From Azolla caroliniana (taxonomy: Eukaryota; Plantae; Polypodiophyta): 64,000 nucleotides of DNA. Positions 26,056 through 37,179 of this stretch are shown here, piece after piece. Numbering within the stretch: position 1 is the stretch's first letter; each line of letters opens with the position of its first letter. A program made the translations under genes and the position numbers. The DNA is taken from assembly GCA_043228905.1 (NCBI GenBank), contig JBHGNT010000005.1, positions 16,616,001 to 16,680,000 on the forward strand, read 5' to 3'. The notes beneath the pieces were generated by a model. The model had not been told where the DNA came from. It saw nothing but the letters and a program-made list of their open reading frames with translations, and did no database searches.

Positions 26056-26550
26056 TTTTAGCTCTCCGATGAACTCTGAAAATGATAGCGTACGGAAGCT
26101 AAGACAATCGGCTCGTCCGGATAACAACAGACAACAGAAAACAGAGATGAAGGTTTAATGGAAACCTTAAACACACATACACGGGAGAGACGGAGAGAGA
26201 GCAGAACAAAACTCAATTTCAAAAATAATACTCTGTACATACAATGTACTTAGAGAGAACTTTTATACAAGTCCTTAAAAGGATTAACCGAAGTACTAAC
26301 ATGTACTTCAATGCTCGTACGAGCGACTGACACTAACTGCAAGGAATATGCCTACGTACTAGGCTCGAACCGTATGCCTCCAACGGCCTACTGGTTCACA
26401 CTATTCCGGAGTACGATCCGGTTCTCCAGTCCGGCTCTAGGTTCCAAATACCGATCTATCTAGACACCAATCCGATTATTCGTTCTGTTTACCGATCCAG
26501 CTCTGGCTTATTCAGCCACTGCGGATCCGATTGAGCTTGCCCGTTCAACA
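26056..26550 (-). mobile_element. Solitary LTR-like insert within the copia C RNase H
   Basis: About 495 bp interrupting the RNase H frame (IIWMKE...QEEF). Minus strand starts TGTTGAAC; minus-strand TATAAAA near 26265. No TSD. Confidence 0.6.
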
Positions 26551-29500
26551 AACTCCTTCATCCAGATTATTTCCTTGCCGGCTTCTGCAGGAGCCATGTA
26601 CTCGGCTTCCGTGGTTGATAACGCCACGGCCTTCTACAACTCGATTTCCATGAGACAACTCCCCCTACATATGTCATTACGTATCCAAACGTGGATCGGT
26701 TGGTATCTACATCAATCAACATGTTCGAATCAGTATAACCTTCCATTATGGGGTTACCTGAGCCGAATCAGAGGCACACACTCGAGGTGCCTCTCAGATA
26801 CCGAAGTATCCATTTCACCACAACCCAATGTTCTCTTCTGGGATTGCTAATATACCGGCTGACGACTCCGACAACGTATCCAATGTCCGGCCTTGTACAT
26901 ACTACTGCGAACATAAGGCTTTTGACGACTGAGGCATAGGGGACCTTATTCATCTCAACCTTCTCCACTTTCGATTCCGAGCATTGAATCCTCCAACATA
27001 CAACAAGAGGATGAGAAAGTCTCTTCCATCATATTTCTTAACAAAGACACAATGATCAGCTTGTGTCTTGTTGAACCTGTGATCCACCATGAAGGATTAG
27101 AATTTCCGGTACCATTGCCAGGGGAGCTTCCTTCGGTTTGTATAAGCTCTTCCTTAACCGGTTTAGGGTGAGTAGGTAAAGTAGGTGAAAAGACCGAGCA
27201 TGAAAGGGTTAGATCCCCAATACTATCAACACCAGATTCATCTTCAGCATGATGCACGACCAGTACAGCAACGACACTACTGCATGAACCCCAATTACGC
27301 GGCCAAAGTAAAGGACGAAATCTACAAACTCCTTCGGGTAGGGTTCATTCAGCCAGTTAAATGGGGAACATGGTTAAGCCCTATTGTTGTCGTCACAAAG
27401 AAAAATGGTCAAATACGGGTATGTGTTGATTACCGCAAGCTGAATGCAGCAACCATCATGAATGCCTTTCCTCTCCTGTTCACAGATGGGGTGCTTGATG
27501 CGGTGGCCGGCCATGAATGCTATAGTTTTTTAGATGGGTTCAACGGGTATAATAAGATCCACATGCACCTTGATGACCAAGAAAAGACAACATTTGTAAC
27601 CGAATGGGGCGTTTTCGTGGCAGTAGTCATGATGTTCAAATTAAAGACGACACCGGCCACCTTCCAATGAATCATCACCGAAATTTTTGACGATTACATT
27701 CTGGCCTTTATGCAAGTCTTTCTCGATGATTTTGCCGTGTACGACCAGTAGATTAAGCACCTCGGGTACTTACGCCTTTGTCTTGAGTGATGCCAGCAAG
27801 CTCGGCTAAGCTTAAACCCCACCAAATGTGTATTTTACGTGTCGAGCGGCACTCTACTTAGACACATTGTCAACCGCGACGGAGGTGCTATGGACCCCAA
27901 CAAAGTACAGGCCATCTTGAATGCTCCAGCCCCAGACCACATCAAAAGCCCTTTGTTAGTTTCTAGGCCAAATTAGGTGGCACATTCAAATGTTGCATTA
28001 CCTTGCCGAATTCGCCACACCCTTGCACGCAGCGGTCCATCGGGTTCCATTTCGATGGTCATCAACGCAAGAAGACGCTTACCGATCCCTTGAGGTAATG
28101 CTATCACACGCACCAGTGGTGCAACCTCCCGATTGGTCACAACCCTTCCACGTCTTTGTGGATGCGTCCGACGTGGCCATCGGGAGTGCCCTCATGGAAA
28201 AGATGCCTCCAAATTGGTATCGATCAACATACTATGCTAGCCGACGTCTCTCAACAACCGAGAAGAATTATTCGACAACGGAACATGAGGCACTAGGCAT
28301 GGTATACAATATCACAAAATTTCGGCACTATCTGCTCGACAGAAAATTTACGTTCCATGTGAATAACTCGGCGTTACTATACCTCATCAACAAGCTGACA
28401 CTAACTGGCCGATTGGAATGGTGTATGTTACTCCTCCAGGAATTTGAATTCGACATACACCAATGGCCAGGCGTGCAGCATATGGTAGCAGACTACCTAA
28501 GTCGGCTCGAATCGGGGGAACCAACGGAAACGGTTTATGATGATTTGCCCGATGCCAACCTCTTCGGCATTGTTGCGGCCATACCACATACCGAAAGCGA
28601 GGATGAATGGATAAATGACATGATGTAGTTCCTCAGCATCGGACTTCCACCCGACCACCTGACCTTAGATGCCAAGAAACGATTGGTAGTCCACAACCGA
28701 AACTGTTGCCTGTTAGCGGAAATAGTCTACCACAAGGGCTCGGACGGCATCCGACGCCGCGTAGTGCGACAATTTGAAAAAGATGCGATCCTACGGGAAG
28801 CACATTATGGAATCACCGGCGGGCACAATGCCAGAGATGCCACGACACAAAAAAATTGGCAAAGTGGGTTATGGTGGCCCACAACGAAAAAGGATGCCCA
28901 CGAATTCTGTAGACAATGTGATTTATGTCAACGCATGGGTCAACCCTCCAAGTAACCTGTATGCCTCACCAACCGATTCTCCCATTAGAACCTTTCCAGA
29001 AGTGGGGATTGGATTTCGTTGGTCCATTCAAACTGGCCACGTCTCAAACCGGCAATAAATACATCATCGTGGCCACCAATTATTGCACAAAATGGGTCGA
29101 AGCAAAGGCATTGTGCGACAACACAGTCATGTCTACCACCAAGTTCATTTATGAATATCTATGGTGTCAATTTGCCTATCCAATCGAGCTCATTAGTGAC
29201 CAAGGAGGTCACTTTCTCAATCGACCTATTTGAGAACTCACCACACACTATGCAGTAGTACATAAGAAAAGCACGCCATACTATCCATAGGCAAACGTCC
29301 TAGCCGAGTCAACAAATAAGACACTACAGACCATCCTCAAGAAGATCGTGAATGAAAACCGAACCGATTGGAACGACAAGCTCCGTAGTGCACTCTGGGC
29401 CTACCAGACGGCGTTCAAAACAAGTATCAGATCCACTCCTTTTTGTCTGGCTTTCGGGTGGGAAGTTGTCATGCCAATAGATTTCCAGGTGCCGAGTTTA

Positions 29501-30019
29501 CGAGTCCAAATTACCGAACGATTGCCCAATCCCTTTGTTGGTCAGCAGCACGGTCGCGACCAGCCCGAGGTGGGTGAAACGGAGGATTTCGGGGGCCCAT
29601 CACCTCAATTCCGGTAATTACTCTACCTACTGCCCGAAATTGTATCCTATGTAAAAAATAAAAATAAAAACCGCTAACTGGAGTATTTAAAGAGCATGCA
29701 CGCCACGCAAGAAAAGAAAGAATAAACGGTTCTAGAGACGTGTGGTATTAAAAACTTATTATGGCAAGATAGATTTGGAATCCAGGGCACAAGGCCACGT
29801 CTCGAGAAATGAGATACCTACAAAAAGGACACCACATGCATAACACTCACTCACACACAGATACACAAAGCCCTCAAGCTCTCTCGTCTTCTGCACAAAC
29901 GTTATCCCACTCTCAGACTCTATGCACAGAAGCTTTCTCCCAATCCTTGTCTATGTACCCCCATACTCACTCCTCCTCTTCCTCTCTTGAAATAATCATG
30001 CCACCCGAAGTGTCCAAAG

Positions 30020-30577
30020 TGTGCGGAATAGTGCTCGGCCACAACTGAGTCTCACTCACTCAATGGAAGAAAATAGAAAAATAGTAATAAGACGACACCG
30101 AGTATTAACGTGGAAAACCCTAATCGGGTAAAACCATGGGAGCCCACGGACTCCAACTATCACTATGAGAGGAAGTGTACAACTGGAGACTCAAAGGCAA
30201 CGACCTCGAGCTCTAGCTTTCCCAACCGGCGGTTACAACATAAAAGCTTTCTTTATCTCTATATCTGTATAACGATACAACACAACAACTACAATGATGA
30301 TCACAACACATAACAGTGTTGCCCTACTTATATTTATACTTATATAACTTTGGGGCTATTTACAAATATGACCTCAACGGTCACGTCTAAACATATTTAC
30401 TAATATGTTCCTATTTGTTGGTTCCTACCGGATCCGGCCGAACTCCTTCTGAATCCATCCGATCTAGTCTCTGGATACCCTCCGGATTCATCCGGTATGG
30501 ATCCTTCCTTCGTCCTGTCTGATCCGTCTCGTTTGGTTCACATTCCGATCCCATCCGGAGGGACCTATTTCCCAACA
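30020..30577 (-). mobile_element. Solo LTR, copia family X
   Basis: TG...CA ends, perfect TSD CAAAG, similar to the 25216 and 43174 LTRs. Confidence 0.92.
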
Positions 30578-31036
30578 CAAAGACCTCCACACCTGGCTAA
30601 ATAGGCACGACCTGGGCAGATACCTCTGTGCAGTGGATGCACTTCCCCACCCCGACGCGCAGGAGATCGCACGCCGAGTGCATCTTGACACCATCACCAA
30701 CAATCAAATTTGATCGGTGTTGGGCCTATAGCGAGGAGGAGAACATGACATCGAGGCTCCGCCTCTGAACATCCTCAAAGAATATTTCAGGGAGTACTCG
30801 GTGTCGGCCAAGGCGTATCAGACTCGTGGTGGGCCTAACAAGTTCTTTGGTGATCTCGCCAAATTCTTTTGGAGTTTGGTTGCGCACACGCTAACACGTA
30901 TAGCATGCCACAGAAAAAGGCAAGCATCATCATCACGCCATACAGAGGCGGTGCCATCGATTGGGGCATCATTATCGGGGAGGGAGTTTGTGCCACCTTG
31001 ACAACTTTTCAGTCAGGTAAAAGGTTCTTACTTGTT

Positions 31037-31493
31037 TATGAGAGACATGAACTAATGGAAGCATTAGATAAGGATAGAATATAGATAAATAGATAGAAAG
31101 GAGAGAGAGAAAGAAGGGTGTCGATCCACACGACCACCCCCGAGCGAAGGGATCGAGACAGACTTGAGCCTCGATCGGCGTCCCCTACCACCACCATGGC
31201 GTCGAGTCGTACCTGGTGCTGGCGCGCTCGCTACAAGAGTTGACCCACCACAAGACAAAGTCTCGACGTAGTCAACAAGATAATGAAATGAGGGTGGCTA
31301 GGCCTCTTATTTATAGCGATACCCAAGGCCCCCAGGCAAGTTCACACTTGGCCTAATGGGTTGTCGCAATCCCGAGGATTAAAAGTAATCCTCCCCTTCT
31401 TTACACTCTCGTTTAACCCTCACACTTATCCACGTGTATAGAATACTACGGTAAATTCTCACCACAGGATATTATATGGTCATGCCCGTAACA
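31037..31493 (-). mobile_element. Solo LTR (different family)
   Basis: Perfect TSD TTGTT; right end ...GTAACA; left TG mutated to TA; minus-strand TATAAATA near 31310. Confidence 0.8.
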
Positions 31494-34400
31494 TTGTTGT
31501 AGCACATTACTTAGTTGTGCTTTACACCACCCCCCCCCCCCCCCAATCCAGGACCACATCCCGCCGAAACCTCACCCTCCCTATTCCACCCACCCATGCG
31601 AAACGCCAACGAGCTCTTTAGTTAGCTCAGGAGGAATGCCATGATGACACACCTGCCCGAAACCCTGCATCGCCGCAGCCGATACCAAATGCCAAGACCT
31701 AGGAAGTTGAAGACAATATCACCATAAGAGGGCACAAAAAACATAAGTTATCTGCCCTAGTGGAAAAACCAAAACTAAAAATGGCCAACCTGCGGTCGAA
31801 CCATCGAGAGGACACTCAGACAACCACAGGCAATAGCCAAGAATCCTCCGTGGAGCAATCGATACGGCTCTGAGAAGAATCTGCGAATACCTGCCAAGAA
31901 ACACCACAGGTTGCAATGCCATAACGAAGAAAAAACTCAAGGGGCCGGGAACCTGCAACTTGTCGTTGCTCCCTACAAAACCATTGCGATCGCCACAGAC
32001 AAGTCCTTGTCCTTCACAGGAACTACGAAGCAAGGACAACCTTCCCGGTTCTTGGAGGAGGAAGTCATGACCTTCAAGGATTTGCCCGCTGAGTCCTACA
32101 AGCTCGGTGTAATTTTACAACACGGCACGGTGTACGAGCTAATCGACTTTCTCGCTCGCCTCCAGGTTGTTGCCGCGGCACGCATGGATCAAGACCATGT
32201 TGAACAAACAGATGGTCCAGCGGGCATTAGCAAACGAGCTCGAATCGGACGAGGAGTCGCAGCTACCAGACCCCAACATGGCCTTGGTCGAGGTTTACCA
32301 TGAATTGGAGAAACCAACCCGCGCTGCGAAAGACATGGTCGTCGACAACAAACAAGCGTGCATACAAGCCAAATTGCCAACGGAGTTATGGTAGACCTCG
32401 GAAAACTGCTTGACCAAGCTTCAACAACGGCTCCAAGCCAAATTGCCCACGGAGTTATGGTAGACCTTGTCGGCTTACCACCCCCCGCTTCCAATCTCGT
32501 CAAAATATCTAGATTCTACACAAACGGACGACACCAACACTCCCACATTGATGGATGTGTCCACTCAAACCGAAGAACTAACCAACTTGACCACGATCAC
32601 GTTAACGGTCATCGTCCCAACCCGCAACTACGATGAAGAGCTCGCGGCCCAAATGGCGATTGTTGAGAAGGCCAAGGAGTGATACGAAATAGCCAAAGCT
32701 GAAGCGAACCAATTCCGGGCACAAGCCACAGTGTGAGGCCGAACTCCAACAATTGCTAGAGGCACGGACGACCCAACTCTAGGACGTAGAGAAGAACGTT
32801 GTCGCGACTCTCAAGGCCGTGTAGGACCTTGCATCAGCAAAGTTAGCGGAAGCGGAGGAAGAGTATCAAAAGACATCTCGCCAAAAACCTGAAGAAATTG
32901 ACTCCTTGTAGAGCAAACTCTCGGAACTCCAGGTCCGCTCCAATCGGCACATTCACCTGTTAGACGAAACCAAGGAAGCAGCAAGACGTAGTAGCAGAGT
33001 CCCTTCTTCAGCTACAAATCTCCGCGACCCTAGAACTCAAACGACAACAAAACCGTTATATGCAGGAGTTCGCCGACAATTCAGACTGTCTCCTCTAGCG
33101 CTACGACTAACATACGAAGGAGATGGAGGTAAATCTTGCCAACGTTACCACGTCGTGCAAGATCCTCAAAGTCAAATTCCAACAGGACACGGCGAAGGCC
33201 AAGGAGGACTAGACACCCTCCGTGTCAAATACGAAATGGGCAAAACCCAAATCAAGGCAATAGTGGCAAAACACCAGTTTAAACTGAGTCGCAAAGTCAA
33301 AGAGGCACTCGCTCGAGCCTGGAATGAATGGGCGGCTCAACCAGCCAAATTACAAGTCTTTTGAGCAGACGCCGAAAATCGGAGAAAAGAGGGTCGCGAT
33401 TTCTACAAGATGGATGAGAACAACATTAAGATCCTCCGCGAAGACCTCATCGAGGAATTCCACGCCCTAGTACAAACACACACCACGACAATCAGACACC
33501 TCCTCGAGGAATTCAACGACGATCAGACATTGCTAAGACTGGAATCGGAAGCCTATGAACGCAAGCGCATCCAAGGTAAAAATGAAGCAACAATAGCCGA
33601 ACAAACATCAACAAGCCCCAAGACCGAGGAAGCAGCCCAGGAGCAGAAAAAAGAACAGGAAATACGACTGAGAGTAGACACCGAACAAGGCATTGAACAG
33701 GCCACAGAACTCCAACAGGAGGCGCCAACTCCAACATCCACGCCGGTCACTCAAGATCAACAACTCGACGTAACGAGCGAGTTACACGCCGACATATGGC
33801 CAACTAGAGAGCCATCCCAAACCCTGACGCAACCACCTACCCTTGTGAGTACCAAGCCAACGGCCGAAGAGGCGACCAATCTCCAAACCAAGTCATCACA
33901 ACACCCAGAGGACATCCTTGCATTTTTGGAAGAAGATTGAAAGTACCATAGTAATGTTTTGGCTTCTTATCTTTTCGATTTTAACCTTTTGCAAGTTTCG
34001 GAGTTTGGTTTGACGTGCGAAGCCATTGTCCCACGGGCGTGCCAGGTGTTATCCATGGGACAAAGGGCATGAAGTGTGAAATTCATCTAAAGAAACGAGT
34101 AGGTAAAGTAGGTGAAAAGACCAAGCATGAAGGGGTAGATAAAGGAAATACGCATAGCCATGAATGGAGGCAAAAAACGGGACATCGCGCCGAGAGGAAA
34201 CGAAAACTATAAAAAGCGAGTAGCAACAATAGGAAGGGCGGGGGGAAAAAAGAGAGGTGTTTATATATCTTTAAGAGAGGGAAATACTCCTATTATACTA
34301 GGGAGAGAGAATTTTTATATGTATGTCTATTGTTTTCCTGTTAAAGGGAGTGAATAGAAATTTCGGCCGTGAGCCGTGTAATCGTTTACGCAATAATCTT

Positions 34401-35750
34401 ATAATACACAATTGTGGGTCTATCTTTCGTGTCATTAAACATTCATCTTTACTGCTGGGTTTTCTGTCCAAGTTATACGTATAAGTTGTAAGACTGGTTG
34501 TGGTCGGCCATTCTCATAGACGATCTGCCTATTCGGCCCTATTTTCCTTCCTACATAACCAAGCTTCCTTGACTCAATTACCTAGGAAGTAATCGAAGGT
34601 GTATCTCCGAAGAAGAGATAACACATACCAGGTTCTCCTTTTCTTTCTCCATAAATCCCTCTGGTTGGTGTATGTAGATTTCTTCCTCTAAATCTCCATG
34701 CAAGAAGGCAATTTGAACATTTAACTACTCAAGTTCTAGGTTCATGCTGGCCACAATGCTCAACACCGTCCGTATCAATGCCATCTTTACTACCGGGGCA
34801 AATATTTCATCGAAATCTACACCCTTCTTCTATTGAAAGCCTTTTACGACAATTCGGGCTTTGTATCTAGGTGGATTCCCGCCATCTCCCGACTTCAATT
34901 TGTATACCCACTTATTTCGGAGTGCCCTTTTCCCTTTCGACAACTCGGTCAACTCATACGTGTGGTTCTCATGCAAGGAATTCATTTTGTCTTGGATGGC
35001 ACTCAACCGCTTTCGGCTGTGGGTATCGCTCTTTGCTTCCTCGAAGCTTTCCGACTCCCCCTCATTGGTTAACAACACATAGGCTCTCTCTCAAAGGGTA
35101 TCTTCTGCCTCCATTCGAAGCAGTTGGCTCCTGTTCGGCCTCTTTAGTCGGCTCTTCATCCGAGTCGGATTCGAAACCTCGTTCAACCAACTGTCTCCTT
35201 TCAACCGGTTGCTCTTGTTTCTTAGTCGGCCCTCAGATGCCGATATGCCACTTCTTTGTCGAACCACACCCTTTATGGTATGTCACCTTCCAGTGGTACC
35301 AAGGGAGACCTATTTATTATGTAAATGATCATCATCAACACCTTAACCTAGTATAGCTTCGGCAATTTAGCATGTGCTAACATACATCAGACCCTTTCCA
35401 TGATAATATGGTTCATTCTCTCGGCTAGCCCATTCAACTTCGGCGTCTTTGGCACTGTGTACTCAAGCCGAATACCTTGAGATTGGCAGTACTCCTCAAA
35501 TTGCCCTTGGTATTCTCCTCCGTTGTCTGTCCGGATCGCCTTCAACTTCCGTCCGGTTTCTCTCTCAACTCTTGCTTGAAACTCCTTGAACAAGCTCAAC
35601 ACTTGATCCTTCTTCTTCAACACATAAGCCCACAACTTACGACTATGATCGTCAATAAAGGTAGTAAGAAGTCCAAGAGGTGAGTTTGCCATGACAAACG
35701 TAATGGTAAATACAAAGGAAGCAATGATCATGAAAACATGATAATGGGGG

Positions 35751-36110
35751 TGTGGTGGCATCAAATATCACGAATGGATTAGGCCCAATATAGACTTTGG
35801 TTGTAATGGTATGTACACATGTGTATGTGTATGTTTTTAGCTATAAGAGTATGTACACATGTGCATGTGTATGTGGGCGTATGTATGTATGCAGGTATGT
35901 ATGTACGTATGTATGTGTGTGCGTGTAGAGGGCAAACTCCCTTTAAGGATATTCTTGTAATTTTAGATAATCAATACAAGTGCTAAATCGACTTTATTTG
36001 TGTGTAATTGTTTGTTTTTCGTAATCGGTCTTGTCACGAGCTCTAGGTAAGAGTTCTTTGTCACTTTGCGTGTGTCTGATTCGGGTTAAGTTTGTTTGTT
36101 CATTGAGATC
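35751..36110 (+). mobile_element. Possible LTR remnant
   Basis: GGGGG tract then TG start; TGTA-rich simple repeats; U5-like T-rich end. Boundaries uncertain. Confidence 0.3.
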
Positions 36111-37179
36111 ATGCATATTTCATGCTTTTTTACATATGAGCTATTTAGGTGTTTAGGTTTAGGTCCAAGAGGATGAATGCTCACATCTCCTGTCTTCCGT
36201 AAGAGTTCTGATTCATAAACAAACTTTGACACACACTAGTGGTGCTAAAACATGAAAGGAAATCCCTTATGTGGACAAAGTAGTCCATCAAGCACTTAGC
36301 TATGTTGACAAAGACGTCAATTCTTAGAAACTATTAAGAAAAAATAGTATCGTGTTAAATAAAGAAGGTTGTAGTCCTATTTACGGCTATTCAGTATATA
36401 TGAAAATTATATTTATGGTTATAACCTTAACAAGAAGTGGGGCTATTATCCGTGGACGTTGTAACCAGGAAATCATTTAATGATGATATTCTATGAATAT
36501 GGTAACAAAAAGCACAAGTTGTTTAACGTTCTAGGAAGGCATTGTAAGTCTATTGAAACAAAAAGCATTTCATGGTTTCGGGTTTTTGTTTTGTTTAACA
36601 AATATGAAGCATATACATGTACATGTACATATCCATATACATATATACATATACATATACATATACATATATCGAGAATTAACATTTTTCCAAGAAGAGA
36701 GAGAATGAATAGAATAGAACATAGTACGTAATATACTCGAATGCATTGGCACCCATTCTTTTCCATACGAATGAAAACGAATGCATAAGTTTATCAACAC
36801 ATTCTTATGTTTTTTTTTTTTTTATACACTTTTTACCTTAAAATTTTTTACCTTATAATAAATAAAGAATACAAAATTAAGGTATTTACCATACATATCG
36901 AGGGGGGTTTACCACACGAGAATGTTTAAACCATTCTCAACTGCGAATGCACGTATGGTACGTATGGTTCATACTTATGGAATAGAATGAAAAATTTCAA
37001 TAATGAATGACTTTTTCCTTCTGTCAAGTCATTATTTGCACCCCTTCCTCTGTTCTTCCTTTCTTCACGAAAATAAAACAGAGGAAAACTGAAGGAAGCC
37101 AACACAGAATAAAGCAGAGCACAGAAGAAGAAGAAAGAAGAAGAAGAAGAAAGAAGAAGAAGGCAAGACAAGACAGAGG

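Larger units (their letters stand above)
29998..33940 (+). pseudogene. Degenerate extra ORF of the gypsy element downstream of pol (about 970 codons after removing two solo LTRs; coiled-coil-rich C-half)
   Basis: The frame MPPEVSK|DLHTWLNRHDLG rejoins across the first solo LTR and RFLLV|VAHYL across the second. ORF fragments 30801-31084, 31911-32682 and 33155-33940 contain stops and frameshifts. Confidence 0.65.
27162..34623 (+). mobile_element. Non-chromovirus Ty3/gypsy (Athila/Phygy-like) element nested in copia C: 5' LTR remnant, degenerate RT-RH-INT (about 27200-29530), long extra ORF, right LTR 34047-34623
   Basis: RT WLSPIVVV.KKNG.IRVCVDYRKLN and FLDGFNGY..DQEKTTF; RH FVDASD..NYSTTE; INT H-H-C-C and WGLDFVGP. 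LTR TGTTATC...GATAACA. 27170-27204 matches 34097-34131 (1 mismatch). The host copia RT frame resumes exactly after 34623. Confidence 0.88.
25216..35670 (-). mobile_element. Ty1/copia element C, family X: 3' LTR 25216-25781, PPT, RNase H, RT, integrase; split by nested insertions, 5' half missing
   Basis: PPT AAGGGGGAG(TT) next to the LTR. RNase H (TKHI..RYHWL, ALSTTEAEY). RT (VPYASVV.SLMFA..TRPDI; NLVC|RLRKSLY split by the gypsy; KWVYKLK; LHGDLEEEIY). Integrase FIDDHSRKLWAY...IRTDNGGEY...NGLAERMN. Confidence 0.88.

Noticed and set aside
36460-37030. Weak inverted similarity upstream of SPCS3 (possible MITE)
   Set aside because: AT-rich with (CATATA)n; no convincing TIR or TSD.
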